Part shown: positions 21,367 to 30,428 of the stretch, piece after piece
Layout: each line of letters begins with the position of its first letter
Numbering within the stretch: position 1 is the stretch's first letter
Notes under the pieces: model-generated
What the model was told of the DNA's origin: nothing
Databases searched by the model: none
What the model saw: the letters and a program-made list of their open reading frames with translations, nothing else
Source of the DNA: an uncultured Actinomycetota bacterium
Lineage (GTDB): Bacteria; Actinomycetota; Actinomycetes; Mycobacteriales; Micromonosporaceae
Direction: 5' to 3'
DNA: 64,000 bases
NCBI GenBank assembly: GCA_963818495.1
Contig: CAWFSH010000012.1
Span: 73,008 to 137,007 of the forward strand
Translations under genes and position numbers: made by a program

Positions 21367-21782
21367 CCACGCTGGACGATGCACTCGACGCCGCGCTGGA
21401 CGGGGAGCATGCCGCAATCTACGCCTACGGCGTGGTCGGCCCGAAACTCACCGGTACGGCCCGGGCGATGGCGCTGCAATATGAAGCGGTCCACCGAGCC
21501 CAACGCGACTCGATGCTCGAGACCATGACGTCGGCCCCAACCGGTCAGGCCATCTATTCGCTGCCGTTCGCGGTGACGGATGCCCGCAGCGCGGTCGCTC
21601 TCGCCGTCGAGGTCGAGGCGCGCTGCGCTCGACTGTGGCGCGCGGTCGTCGCGGCCAGCGAATCGAGCGGTCGGCAGGCACCGTTGACCGTGCTCACCAA
21701 TGCGGCACTGCGGGCCGCCGCGCTCCGGCGGATCGGCGGCGCCGTGCCGGGCACGGTCGCGTTCCCGGGTCTGACGTCCTGA
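21363..21782 (+). CDS. ferritin-like domain protein (DUF4439)
   Basis: GTG at 21363 overlaps the upstream stop (GTGA). LDDALDAALDGEHAAIYAYGVVGPKL...ALQYEAVHRAQRD...VEVEARCARLWRAVV. Confidence 0.75.
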   Translation: MTTLDDALDAALDGEHAAIYAYGVVGPKLTGTARAMALQYEAVHRAQRDSMLETMTSAPTGQAIYSLPFAVTDARSAVALAVEVEARCARLWRAVVAASESSGRQAPLTVLTNAALRAAALRRIGGAVPGTVAFPGLTS

Positions 21783-21884
21783 CCGAGCGGCCCAGTCTCA
21801 CGTCCTGCCTGAGCGGTCCCGTACTCATGTCGCAAAGCGCGATTCCGTGGCGCGCGACGGCGCGCGACCTTCTAGGTTGGGACC

Positions 21885-22637
21885 ATGAAGGTGACGGTTT
21901 TGGGCGGCGCCGGGGCATACCCGACCGCGCATCAGGGATGCAACGGCTTCCTCCTTGAACACGAAGGCTTCGGGCTCGTCGTCGATCCCGGCTACGCGAC
22001 GATCCAGCGGCTACTCGCGCTCGTCGATGCGGCCGACGTCGACGCCGTCTGGATCAGTCACGGCCACCCCGATCACTGCGCCGATCTCCAACCGTTGCTG
22101 CGTGCGCGGGCCCTCCCGAATCCGCCCGCCGCGGCGTTGCCGGTGTACGCACCGCTGGGCTCATTGGCACCGCTCCTCGCGCTGGACCAGCCGGATACCG
22201 TCGACAGCGCGTACGTCCTGCATGTCGTCGCGGACGGTGACGTATTCGACGTCGGGCCGCTGCATTGCACCGCTCGCGAGTTGCCACACATGATGCCGAA
22301 CCTCGGCATCCGGATATCGGCCGACACTGCGACGGTGCCGACCGTGATCGCGTACACCGGCGACTGCGGCCCCAGCCCCGCCATCGCCGAGATGGCCGCA
22401 AACGTCGACCTGCTCATTGCCGACGCCACCTTCGTCGACGGCGTGCCGGCACCCCGTACGGCATTCCTGTCGAGCGCGCGCCAGGCCGGGGCGTACGCCC
22501 AGAGCGCCGGGGCTAAGGCGCTCATGCTCACTCACCTGTGGCCGGGTACGGACCCGGACGCGGCGTTCGCCGCGGCGGCCGAGACCTACGACGGCCCGGT
22601 CGAGGTCGCCACGCCTGGCTTGATCATGGTTCTATGA
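21885..22637 (+). CDS. MBL-fold metallo-hydrolase
   Basis: Intact 250 aa: MKVTVLGGAGAYP...GFLLEHEGFGLVVDPG...VWISHGHPDHCADL (HxHxDH). Confidence 0.88.
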   Translation: MKVTVLGGAGAYPTAHQGCNGFLLEHEGFGLVVDPGYATIQRLLALVDAADVDAVWISHGHPDHCADLQPLLRARALPNPPAAALPVYAPLGSLAPLLALDQPDTVDSAYVLHVVADGDVFDVGPLHCTARELPHMMPNLGIRISADTATVPTVIAYTGDCGPSPAIAEMAANVDLLIADATFVDGVPAPRTAFLSSARQAGAYAQSAGAKALMLTHLWPGTDPDAAFAAAAETYDGPVEVATPGLIMVL

Positions 22638-22672
22638 TCGACGGCCAACCGGCCTGACGGGCGTCGAAGGTG

Positions 22673-23451
22673 TCAGCCGACGCCGCCGACACCAATGAGG
22701 TGTCCGATGCCGTACGTGGCCGCGGCCGCCGCGCCACCCAGGATGAGTTGGCGGCTCCCGCTATACCACCAGCGCTGCTTCGTGAAGCGGGAAGTCAGCG
22801 CGCCGGCAACGAACAGGCCGAGACCGCCCACGATCAGGGCCGGCCAGAGGTTGTTGAACCCGAATAGGTACGGCAACAGCGGCAGCGCCGCACCGATCGA
22901 GAAACACAGGAACGACGACACCGCCGCTATCCACGGGCTCGGCACCTCGTGCGGGTTGATGCCGAGTTCCTCCTGCGCGTGGATGCGCAACGCCTCCTCC
23001 GGGTTCTCGGCGACGGCGGTCGCCACCTGCCTCGCCAAATCCGGCGGCAGCCCACGGCCGATCCAGCGCTGGGCCAGTTCTTCGGCCTCGGCGACCGGGA
23101 TGCCGTTCGAGCTCACGGCGTTCCTTCGCCACCTCGCTCGCGACCTGGTCGTTCTGCGTACGCACGCTCGTGTATTCGCCGAGACCCATGGAGATCGCGC
23201 CGGCGACCAGCCCGGCGATGCCGGTGAGCACGATGACGTGCCGTGACGCACCGCCTCCGCCGACGCCGCTGATCAGGGCGATGTTAGTGACGAGGCCGTC
23301 CATCGCACCGAACACGGCCGGGCGCAGCCAACCGCCCGACGACATCGGCATGGTGATGGTCGTCGTAGGCCGCGGGCGTCGTTGGGTGCTCGGCGCTGTC
23401 CGCTGCCGCGTGCACCGACGCGCCCGACGCGGGTGAGGTTTGATCGGTCAT
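22673..23451 (-). CDS. VIT1/CCC1 family iron/manganese transporter (2 frameshifts)
   Basis: ATG at 23451 overlaps the map stop (ATGA). [28 protein letters not shown]...[27 protein letters not shown]. Then [44 protein letters not shown]. Confidence 0.85.
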
Positions 23452-24305
23452 GGCTGGGTCAGAATCTCCGCGCCGCTTTCGGTGATCGCGATCGTGTGCT
23501 CGAACTGTGCCGTCCATTTGCGGTCCTTCGTGACCGCCGTCCAGCCGTCCGGCCAGATGTCGAACGCGGCCGTACCCAACGTGATCATCGGCTCGATCGT
23601 GAACGTCATTCCTTCTTCCATGACTGTCGTGAAGGCCGGGTTGTCGTAGTGCGGGATGAACAGCCCGCTGTGGAACGTGGTGTGGATGCCGTGACCGCCG
23701 AACTCGCGCACGACGCCGTAACCGAACCGCTTCGCGTACGCCTCGATGACCCGACCGATCACATTGATCGGGCGGCCGGGCGCGCACGCGTTGATTCCGC
23801 GCATCGTCGCCTCGTGCGTCCGCTCGACCAGCAGCCGTGCCTCCTCCGACACGTTGCCGACGCAGAAGGTGACATCGGTGTCGCCGTGCACGCCGTTGAT
23901 GAATGCCGTGACATCGATGTTGATGATGTCGCCGTCCTCGATCACGGTCGAATCGGGGATGCCATGGCAGATCACTTCGTTGAGTGACGTACAACACGAC
24001 TTCGGAAAGCCCTTGTAGCCGAGCGTGGACGGATATGCGCCGTGGTCGCAGAGGAACTCGTGCACGATCCGGTCGATCTCGTCGGTCGTCACGCCCGGCT
24101 CACACGCCGCCCCGCCGACCTGCGTCGCCTGCGCGGCGAGCCGCGACGCCAGCCGCATCTTCTCGATCGTCTCCGGCGTCTGGACGGCCGGCCCGGTATA
24201 AGTCTGCGGGCGCTTCTTGCCGACGTACTCCGGACGCGGAATGCTCGCCGGCACCGCTCGCCAGGGAGTTTGGACGCCGGGAGTGAGCTCGGTGCGGACG
24301 GTCAT
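23448..24305 (-). CDS. map: type I methionyl aminopeptidase
   Basis: Intact 285 aa: [21 protein letters not shown]...[22 protein letters not shown]...GHGIHTTFH...FTIEPMI...QFEHTI. Confidence 0.95.
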   Translation of the reverse strand: MTVRTELTPGVQTPWRAVPASIPRPEYVGKKRPQTYTGPAVQTPETIEKMRLASRLAAQATQVGGAACEPGVTTDEIDRIVHEFLCDHGAYPSTLGYKGFPKSCCTSLNEVICHGIPDSTVIEDGDIINIDVTAFINGVHGDTDVTFCVGNVSEEARLLVERTHEATMRGINACAPGRPINVIGRVIEAYAKRFGYGVVREFGGHGIHTTFHSGLFIPHYDNPAFTTVMEEGMTFTIEPMITLGTAAFDIWPDGWTAVTKDRKWTAQFEHTIAITESGAEILTQP

Positions 24306-24396
24306 GCACCGAGCCTATCGAGGCCGGGGTGTCTCGTGCTCGCGGCCGTTCGCTAATCGCCTTGTCGGGTGGCCGGTGCCATGCCACAGTGCCGCC

Positions 24397-25134
24397 ATGT
24401 TGCCATCGACCCTCGACCGAGTCGCCGTGGCGTGGAACGTACTCGCTGGCGTGCCGCACGGCTGGGTGCCCGGCAAGATCACGATCGCGTCCAGTGCAAC
24501 GTCCGTCATCGCGCCGGCCGGGTGGGTCGGGGCGATCCGGCTGGGTGCCTGGCCGGTCGCCGCGGGTGCGTTGATCACCGCGCCGGATGAGCCTCAAGCA
24601 GCGTCGGTACGGGACACCCTCGGCGCAGCCACACCGGAGCAGGCGACCGACCGGATGGCGTGGGGAGCGCTCTGGCCGTCGGATTCCCGTCACATCCTCG
24701 GCCCGGCCGAACTGGCCTATCTCGACCCGCCCGACTTCGCGCCGCGGACCGGCGAACCCGTACGTGCGGTGGCGTTGGCCGACGTCGAGGACGCCATCGC
24801 GGCCCTCGAACGCGATGCCGGTCCCGACGACGTGAACGAGGTCGGCATCACGGATGCGGCGTCGCCGCTGTTCGTGATCTGGCGGGATGCCACGGTCGCT
24901 GCCGTCTGCGCGTACCGGCCATGGGTTGGTCGGCTCGCGCACATGATGGTGCTGACGCATCCGGACCACCGCGGGCAGGGGCTGGCCAAGCGGGCAGCGA
25001 CCGAGGCGTCGCGGCACGCCCTCGACGCCGGCCTGATTCCGCAGTGGCGGGCGCGCGTGCCGGCGTCGCAGGCCGTGGCGCGGTCGTTGGGTTACACGAC
25101 GGTCGGCGCCCAACTGAGCCTTCGCCTGAGCTGA
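24397..25134 (+). CDS. GNAT family N-acetyltransferase
   Basis: ATG at 24397. C-terminal LAHMMVLTHPDHRGQGLAKRAATEASRHALDAGLIPQWRARVPASQAVARSLGY. Confidence 0.75.
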   Translation: MLPSTLDRVAVAWNVLAGVPHGWVPGKITIASSATSVIAPAGWVGAIRLGAWPVAAGALITAPDEPQAASVRDTLGAATPEQATDRMAWGALWPSDSRHILGPAELAYLDPPDFAPRTGEPVRAVALADVEDAIAALERDAGPDDVNEVGITDAASPLFVIWRDATVAAVCAYRPWVGRLAHMMVLTHPDHRGQGLAKRAATEASRHALDAGLIPQWRARVPASQAVARSLGYTTVGAQLSLRLS

Positions 25135-25150
25135 GGTCGGCCGGACCGCG

Positions 25151-25183
25151 GATGGTTTGTGCCACAACGGTTTCGCCCCCGTC
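25151..25183. repeat. 33-nt direct repeat, left copy (GGATGGTTTGTGCCACAACGGTTTCGCCCCCGT)
   Basis: Matches 25553-25585 with 4 mismatches. Confidence 0.8.
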
Positions 25184-25552
25184 GCGTGTCTCTGACGTGA
25201 AGCGTCCTCGCCTATCGTGTCATCGGAACCGATCCGTCGCACGTTCGATCGTTGTCGCCGACGATGGACGCTTCGTGCCGTGCAACCCGCCGCACGTGGC
25301 CCCGCCGGGCCGGGCCAACGGTTAGCCGGCGTTGGCTCCAGTCGCGTGACGCATCGGCTTCCCACGATGCACGACACTCCGGATTGTCGGTGTCGTCCTA
25401 GAGCGCCGGTCAACGTTGCGGATCCGGCTTGTCCGGAAGGAGCGCTGGTGAGGCTCGCCCCTGGTGGGACCGACACGACCGCCCGGCCGGGCAGCGTCGA
25501 TGTTGGGTGATCGGGTCCAGCCAGCGCCGGGTCGCTTGTTGTTGCTGGCCGT

Positions 25553-25585
25553 GGATGTTCTGTGCCACAACGGTTTCAGCCCCGT
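25553..25585. repeat. 33-nt direct repeat, right copy (GGATGTTCTGTGCCACAACGGTTTCAGCCCCGT)
   Basis: Lies ~75 nt upstream of the DUF222/HNH start. Confidence 0.8.
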
Positions 25586-25658
25586 TTGTTGCTCCGGGAG
25601 TGTCGTACGTGTGTGCCATTGTTGGTGTCATGGACGAGGCGTGGCGGCAGGCGGCGAC

Positions 25659-27011
25659 ATGGCCGAGCTGGCCACGCGTGCGGTCTACGCCCTGTCCGAC
25701 ACCGAATTGTGTGAAACGGCCGCCGTCGTACACGCGATCAGCTCCCGCTGCGTCGCGGTGCTCGCCGCACTCGCCCACCAAGCCCACGGCCGGGATCTGC
25801 CCCAGCGGCAGGCGGCGACCTCGACGGTGGCGTGGCTACGTGACCTGCTGCGCATCAGCCCGGCCGAAGCCCGGGCACTAGTGTCGTTGGGTGAAGTGCT
25901 CGATACCCGGCCGGTACTGGCCGACGCGGTCACCGATGGTGCAGTCAACACCAGTCAGGCGGCCGCGATCGGCCGGGTCCTCACCGACGCCCCCGACACC
26001 GAACCGCCGCGGCTGCTCGACAAGGTCGAAACGGTGCTCATTGGCCACGCCGCCCAGTTCGAACCCACCATCCTGCGCCGCCTGGGTGAGCGGGTCATCG
26101 CCCACATCAACCCCGACCTCGCCGACACGCGGCTGCGTGACCGGCTCGAACGCGAACAACAAACACGCCCAGCAGCACCGCGGGTTCACCCTGACCCCCG
26201 ACGGGCTGGGCGGCATCCGCCTATCCGGTGTAGTCGACGTCGAAGGCGCGGCCATCATCGACGCCGCCCTCGAACCCCTGACCCGGCCCAACCGCGGCGC
26301 CGACGGCCCCGACCCTCGCACCCCCACCGCCCGCCACGCCGACGCCCTCTCGACGTGTGCCACATCGCACTGCCGCCGGTGGCCTCCCCGACAACGGCGG
26401 CACACCACCACAACTCAACGTCACCGTCGACTTCGACGCCCTCGCCCGCGATCTCGCCGTCGGCCAGCTCGACACCGGCGCCCAACTCTCGCCATCGGCG
26501 ACACGACGCCTCGCCTGCCAGGCACAAATCCTGCCCGTCATCCTCGACGGCCCAGCGTCCCGATCGACCTCGGACGCGCACGACGACCTACACCGGCGCC
26601 ACCCGCACCGCGGTCATCCTCCGGGACCGGGGCTGCGCCGTCCCCGGCTGCGACCGGCCCAGCCGCTGGGCCACATCCACCACATCCAATTCTGGGCCCA
26701 CGGCAGACACACCAACCGCGACAACGGCGTCGCCCTCTGCCGCCACCACCACCAGCTCATCCACACACACCGACTGGACCATCCAACTCGCACCCGACCA
26801 CAAACCCGACTTCCTCCCACCCCGACACATCGACCCCACCCAGCGGCCCCGCCGCAACCCATACCACCAACGCAGACAGCAGTCAGCGATCGACGAATCG
26901 GACCCGCCAATCGTCCAAGCCGCCGCCGCGCCGCGCACGCTCACGATCGCCCACAGGGACCGCCCAACACGTCAGCAAGCGTGCGGTCCGGTCAGGCCCC
27001 GTTCCGCCTAG
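25659..27011 (+). CDS. DUF222 / HNH endonuclease (REP13E12-like family), at least 4 frameshifts
   Basis: ATG at 25659: MAELATRAVYALSDTELCETAAVVHAISSRCVAVLAALAHQAHGRDL...VNTSQAAAIGRVL. Then QHRGFTLTPDGLGGIRLSGVVDVEGAAIIDAALEPL. Then RRLACQAQILPVILDG. Then ATRTAVILRDRGCAVPGCDRPSRW. Then IHHIQFWAHGRHTNRDNGVALCRHHHQLIH. Then TDWTIQLAPDHKPDFLPPRHIDPTQRPRRNPYH. Confidence 0.88.
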   Translation: MAELATRAVYALSDTELCETAAVVHAISSRCVAVLAALAHQAHGRDLPQRQAATSTVAWLRDLLRISPAEARALVSLGEVLDTRPVLADAVTDGAVNTSQAAAIGRVLTDAPDTEPPRLLDKVETVLIGHAAQFEPTILRRLGERVIAHINPDLADTRLRDRLEREQQTRPAAPRVHPDPRRAGRHPPIRCSRRRRRGHHRRRPRTPDPAQPRRRRPRPSHPHRPPRRRPLDVCHIALPPVASPTTAAHHHNSTSPSTSTPSPAISPSASSTPAPNSRHRRHDASPARHKSCPSSSTAQRPDRPRTRTTTYTGATRTAVILRDRGCAVPGCDRPSRWATSTTSNSGPTADTPTATTASPSAATTTSSSTHTDWTIQLAPDHKPDFLPPRHIDPTQRPRRNPYHQRRQQSAIDESDPPIVQAAAAPRTLTIAHRDRPTRQQACGPVRPRSA

Positions 27012-27295
27012 CACCCTCGGCAGCGCGTCCCAGCCCGACCTTGAGTTCGTGCTCTCCGAGCCGCACGCCGGCCGATCCAGGCCGATGGCGACGCCCTGCG
27101 GGAGCTGCTGATCAAGGGACTCCTGCCGATGACCGTGTTCCGCGCCGACGACATCGACGCTGTCTTCGAGAAGGTACGAGCCTTCGGCGCGAAGGTGCTG
27201 CAGGAGCCGATCGACCAGCCGTGTGGCTCGCGCGATCGGGCGGCCCGGGACCCTCGGGCAACATGGTGCGCAGCTCGCAGGCGCCGAAAGCGTAA
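27012..27295 (+). pseudogene. VOC (glyoxalase/bleomycin-resistance) family gene, 5'-truncated and frameshifted
   Basis: Only the C-terminal ~95 aa is present, in three frames: PDLEFVLSEPHAG / IQADGDALRELLIKGLLPMTVFRADDIDAVFEKVRAFGAKVLQEPIDQP / SGNMVRSSQ. No N-terminal beta-alpha-beta module upstream; it abuts the HNH gene. Confidence 0.6.
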
Positions 27296-27381
27296 CCATC
27301 GCGATCATTCTGGAACGGCGTTGGGGCCTGGGCCTGCCCGCCAGAGACCGGTTCTCGAAGCGCCGCTGACGGCGGTTGAGG

Positions 27382-28296
27382 TCAGGCGTGGGCACCGTGC
27401 TCGTGGTCGGCGTGGCCGGCCGGCTCGAACTGGAACGTACTGTGCTCCACGTCGAAGTGTCCGGACAGGCACTGTTGCAACTGGTCGAGCAGTTGCGGCA
27501 GGTGACCGTCGTGGAAGCACGACTCGTCGACGACCACGTGCGCCGAGAGAACCGGCAAGTCCGACGCGACCGAGGAAGCGTGCAGATCATGCACGGTGTG
27601 CACGTGGCGGACGCCGAGGATGTGTGTGCGGATTTGCTCGAGGTCGACGCTTCTCGGTGTCGCCTCCATCAAAACGTCGGTCGTTTCCCGCAGCAGCTTC
27701 CACGTGCGCGGAATAATCATGACTCCGATGGCCAAAGACGCGATCGCGTCCGTGCGAGTCCAGCCCGTCAGCGCGATTATCACCGCCGCCAGCAGCACGG
27801 CGACTGAGCCGAGCGCGTCGTTGACGACTTCGAGCATCGCGGCCCGGGTGTTGAGGTTGCCGCGTTGGACCCGCGACAACAGCAGGATCGACAGTGCGTT
27901 GCCGAGCAGGCCGACGATTCCGAAAATGAGCATCGCGCCCGAGGCGACATCGGGTGGCGTAATCAGCCGGCGGACGGCTTCGACAACAACGAAAATGCCG
28001 ACTGCGAGAAGCACTGCGGCTTGGGCCGCGGCCGCCAGGATTTCGGCGCGGCGATAGCCCCAGGTACGGCGCGACGTCGCCGGCCGCTCGACGAGCACTG
28101 CGGCGATCAATGCGAGGGTGAGTCCCGCGACATCGGTGAGCATGTGGCCGGCGTCGGCGAGGAGAGCCAACGAGCCAGAGATCAGGGCGCCAATCACCTC
28201 GACGACGAGGATCGCGCTCGATATGCCCAACACGACGGCAAGGGGTCGGCGGTTGCCCGACGTCGCTAGGCCATGATCGTGGTCGTGGCCGCTCAT
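27382..28296 (-). CDS. cation diffusion facilitator (CzcD/ZitB-like Zn/Co/Cd efflux); alternative start 28311
   Basis: Intact: MSGHDHDHG...ALLADAGHMLTDVAGL...RRAEILAA...NDALGSVAVLLAA...ASLAIG...; His-rich termini. Confidence 0.9.
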   Translation of the reverse strand: MSGHDHDHGLATSGNRRPLAVVLGISSAILVVEVIGALISGSLALLADAGHMLTDVAGLTLALIAAVLVERPATSRRTWGYRRAEILAAAAQAAVLLAVGIFVVVEAVRRLITPPDVASGAMLIFGIVGLLGNALSILLLSRVQRGNLNTRAAMLEVVNDALGSVAVLLAAVIIALTGWTRTDAIASLAIGVMIIPRTWKLLRETTDVLMEATPRSVDLEQIRTHILGVRHVHTVHDLHASSVASDLPVLSAHVVVDESCFHDGHLPQLLDQLQQCLSGHFDVEHSTFQFEPAGHADHEHGAHA

Positions 28297-28297
28297 G

Positions 28298-28930
28298 TCA
28301 CGCCGCTTCATCGCTCACTGCCGCCGCAACGTCCGCCACGCCGGCCGAGGCGGCGGGGTTGCGCACCAGCCCGACACGTACGGCCACCGGCCCATCGGGA
28401 TCCCCATCCGTGGGTGCCGCGCCGGCAGAAGCAGCAGGGTCGACCAGCCGAGCCCCGCCAGAAGACCCAACTCCCGGCGACACGACGCCCACAGATCCAG
28501 CATCAGACGCAGCAGCGTCAGAAGCGGCAGCGTCCGCCAGCCGAGCCCCGTCCGAACTATCGCTCGGCGGACACAGTTCTACATCGTTGCCGGTCGCGGC
28601 AAGCAGGCTCTCGGCCGCGGTCAGGACCGTGAACAATTCGGGTCGGCTCAGCCGATATAGCGACTGGCGCCCGCGTGGACGGCTCTGGACGACTCCGCTC
28701 TCGCGCATGAGTGCGAGATGGGCGGAGACCGTGGATTGGGCGAGCCCAAGATGACGAGTCAGATCGACAACACGCCGCTCGCCCTTGGCCAACTCATGGA
28801 CGATCGCGAGTCGGGTCGGGTCGCCCAGACTACGAAACAGGCTGACCGCGGGCGTCAGGTCGACGCGGCAGTTGCGATCGTGCGAGCTGGGAATCATCGC
28901 CATCAAGCGATCATAGTTTCGTCGAGGCAT
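28298..28930 (-). CDS. ArsR/SmtB family metalloregulator with ~100-aa low-complexity C-terminal extension; start may be 28903/28897
   Basis: LFRSLGDPTRLAIVHELAKGERRVVDLTRHLGLAQSTVSAHLALMRESGVVQSRPRGRQSLYRL. Then an Ala/Ser/Asp/Gly-rich tail. The stop is 1 nt from the CDF ATG. Confidence 0.88.
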   Translation of the reverse strand: MPRRNYDRLMAMIPSSHDRNCRVDLTPAVSLFRSLGDPTRLAIVHELAKGERRVVDLTRHLGLAQSTVSAHLALMRESGVVQSRPRGRQSLYRLSRPELFTVLTAAESLLAATGNDVELCPPSDSSDGARLADAAASDAAASDAGSVGVVSPGVGSSGGARLVDPAASAGAAPTDGDPDGPVAVRVGLVRNPAASAGVADVAAAVSDEAA

Positions 28931-28961
28931 CGGCCGTCACGACACCCACGGTTCCCGGCGC

Positions 28962-29052
28962 TTCGAGTCCTCCGAGCCGGTCGAGCCCTCCGAGCCGGTC
29001 GAGCCCTTCGACTCAGTCGAGCCCGTCGAACCCATCGAACCCGTCGAGCCCC
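28962..29052. repeat. degenerate 9-nt tandem array (~10 units, GTCGAGCCC / TCCGAGCCG) in divergent promoter region
   Basis: ...TCCGAGCCGGTCGAGCCCTCCGAGCCGGTCGAGCCCTTCGACTCAGTCGAGCCCGTCGAACCCATCGAACCCGTCGAGCCC... between arsR-like (minus) and the methyltransferase (plus). Confidence 0.8.
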
Positions 29053-29102
29053 CGGAACAGTCCCAGGGATCCGCAGCCAACATCCACGGGGTTTTGTAGA
29101 CG

Positions 29103-30368
29103 TTGACGACGCGACGAGCGTCCGGGTGGCATCGTTACGAGATGACAGCCGCCAGCCAAGACGCCGACATGGCCGCGAGCACACAGGCCAACCCACACGC
29201 CAACCCAGAGGCCACGACGCACGTCACGGGCGGAGCCTCAGCACAGGCCGCGCGAGATCAGCTGGCGCAGCGCCTCGTCGACAGCGCGGTCCCGGCGCTG
29301 GAGTTGTTCTCCGTTCACCTTGGTCTCGAGCTCGGGCTCTATCGAGCGCTCGACGAAGCGTCGACCAACCCGCCGGATCGTCAATCAACGCCGACCACGG
29401 CCGGCGGACTGACCGAGGGCGACCTCGCCGCTCGCGCCGGCATCTCCACTCGATACGCACGTGAATGGCTTGAGCATCAGGTCGTTGCCGAGGTTCTCAG
29501 CTGTGACGACCCATCCTCGCCGGCCGCCGATCGGGTCTATCGCCTGCCGCCCGGACACGCCGAGGTGTTGTTGGACGCCGACAGCCCGTACCACACTGGG
29601 CCGATCGCGACGATGCTCGCCGGCATCGCCCGGGCCCTGCCGTTGCTGCCCGACGCTTTTCGCTCCGGCGGCGGTGTGCCCTACGGTGCGTACGGCGACG
29701 AGATCCGCGAAGGCATCCGGTCGCTGAACCGACCGGGGTTCATCCACGACCTCGTGTCCTGGATCGCGGCGATGCCAGACGTGAGCAATCGACTGGATCG
29801 CGATCCGCCGGCTCGCGTGCTCGACCTCGGCTGCGGCGAAGGTACGTCCACACTCGCGCTCGCGGCGGCGTACCCGAGGATCCGGATTGTGGGCGTGGAC
29901 CTGGACGCGCGGTCCATTGCCGCCGCCCAAGCGGAGGCCGCGCGCGTCGGCCTGGGTAGCCGGGTGACCTTCGCGCTCACCGACGCGAGTCAGATCAGTG
30001 GGGACGGCCCGTTCGACTTCGCGACGATTTTCGAGGCGCTGCACGACATGGGTGACCCGGTCGGTGTGTTGCGGGCGGTCCGCGCGGGTCTGGCCGACGA
30101 CGGGACGCTGCTCGTCGCCGACGAACGGGTGGCCGACGAATTCACGGCGACTCCGGACGAAGTTGAGCGGCTGCAGTACGGGTTCAGCGTGCTGCACTGC
30201 CTGCCGGCCACGATGGCGGAGGATCCAGTTGAGGCAGCGGGGACGGTACTGCGCGCGCCGACCGTTCACCGATGGGCGACCGCGGCCGGTTTCGCCACGT
30301 GCACGCAACTCGCGGTCGACAACGATTTCTGGCGGTTCTACCGGATGGACCGATCCGGCCTCGCGTGA
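29103..30368 (+). CDS. class I SAM-dependent methyltransferase with N-terminal winged-helix/dimerisation-like domain; start may be 29142
   Basis: Intact 421 aa: ...GDLAARAGISTRYAREWLEHQVVAEVL...ARVLDLGCGEGTSTLALAAAYPRIRIVGVDLD...FDFATIFEALHDMGDP...DGTLLVADE. Confidence 0.85.
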   Translation: MTTRRASGWHRYEMTAASQDADMAASTQANPHANPEATTHVTGGASAQAARDQLAQRLVDSAVPALELFSVHLGLELGLYRALDEASTNPPDRQSTPTTAGGLTEGDLAARAGISTRYAREWLEHQVVAEVLSCDDPSSPAADRVYRLPPGHAEVLLDADSPYHTGPIATMLAGIARALPLLPDAFRSGGGVPYGAYGDEIREGIRSLNRPGFIHDLVSWIAAMPDVSNRLDRDPPARVLDLGCGEGTSTLALAAAYPRIRIVGVDLDARSIAAAQAEAARVGLGSRVTFALTDASQISGDGPFDFATIFEALHDMGDPVGVLRAVRAGLADDGTLLVADERVADEFTATPDEVERLQYGFSVLHCLPATMAEDPVEAAGTVLRAPTVHRWATAAGFATCTQLAVDNDFWRFYRMDRSGLA

Positions 30369-30428
30369 CTGCTGATCATCGCCGCCGATAGCCGGTCGAG
30401 GCGGGCATCGAGGGACCGCGGCGGCGCC

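Noticed and set aside
25225-25265. Possible LexA/SOS box upstream of the DUF222/HNH gene (GTTCGATCGTTG)
   Set aside because: It does not form the GAAC-N4-GTTC palindrome of actinobacterial SOS boxes.
25425-25510. 20-codon ORF with strong SD (GGAAGGAG-N6-GTG, VRLAPGGTDTTARPGSVDVG) between the two 33-nt repeats
   Set aside because: Too short, with no supporting features. It is likely a chance SD-like purine run.
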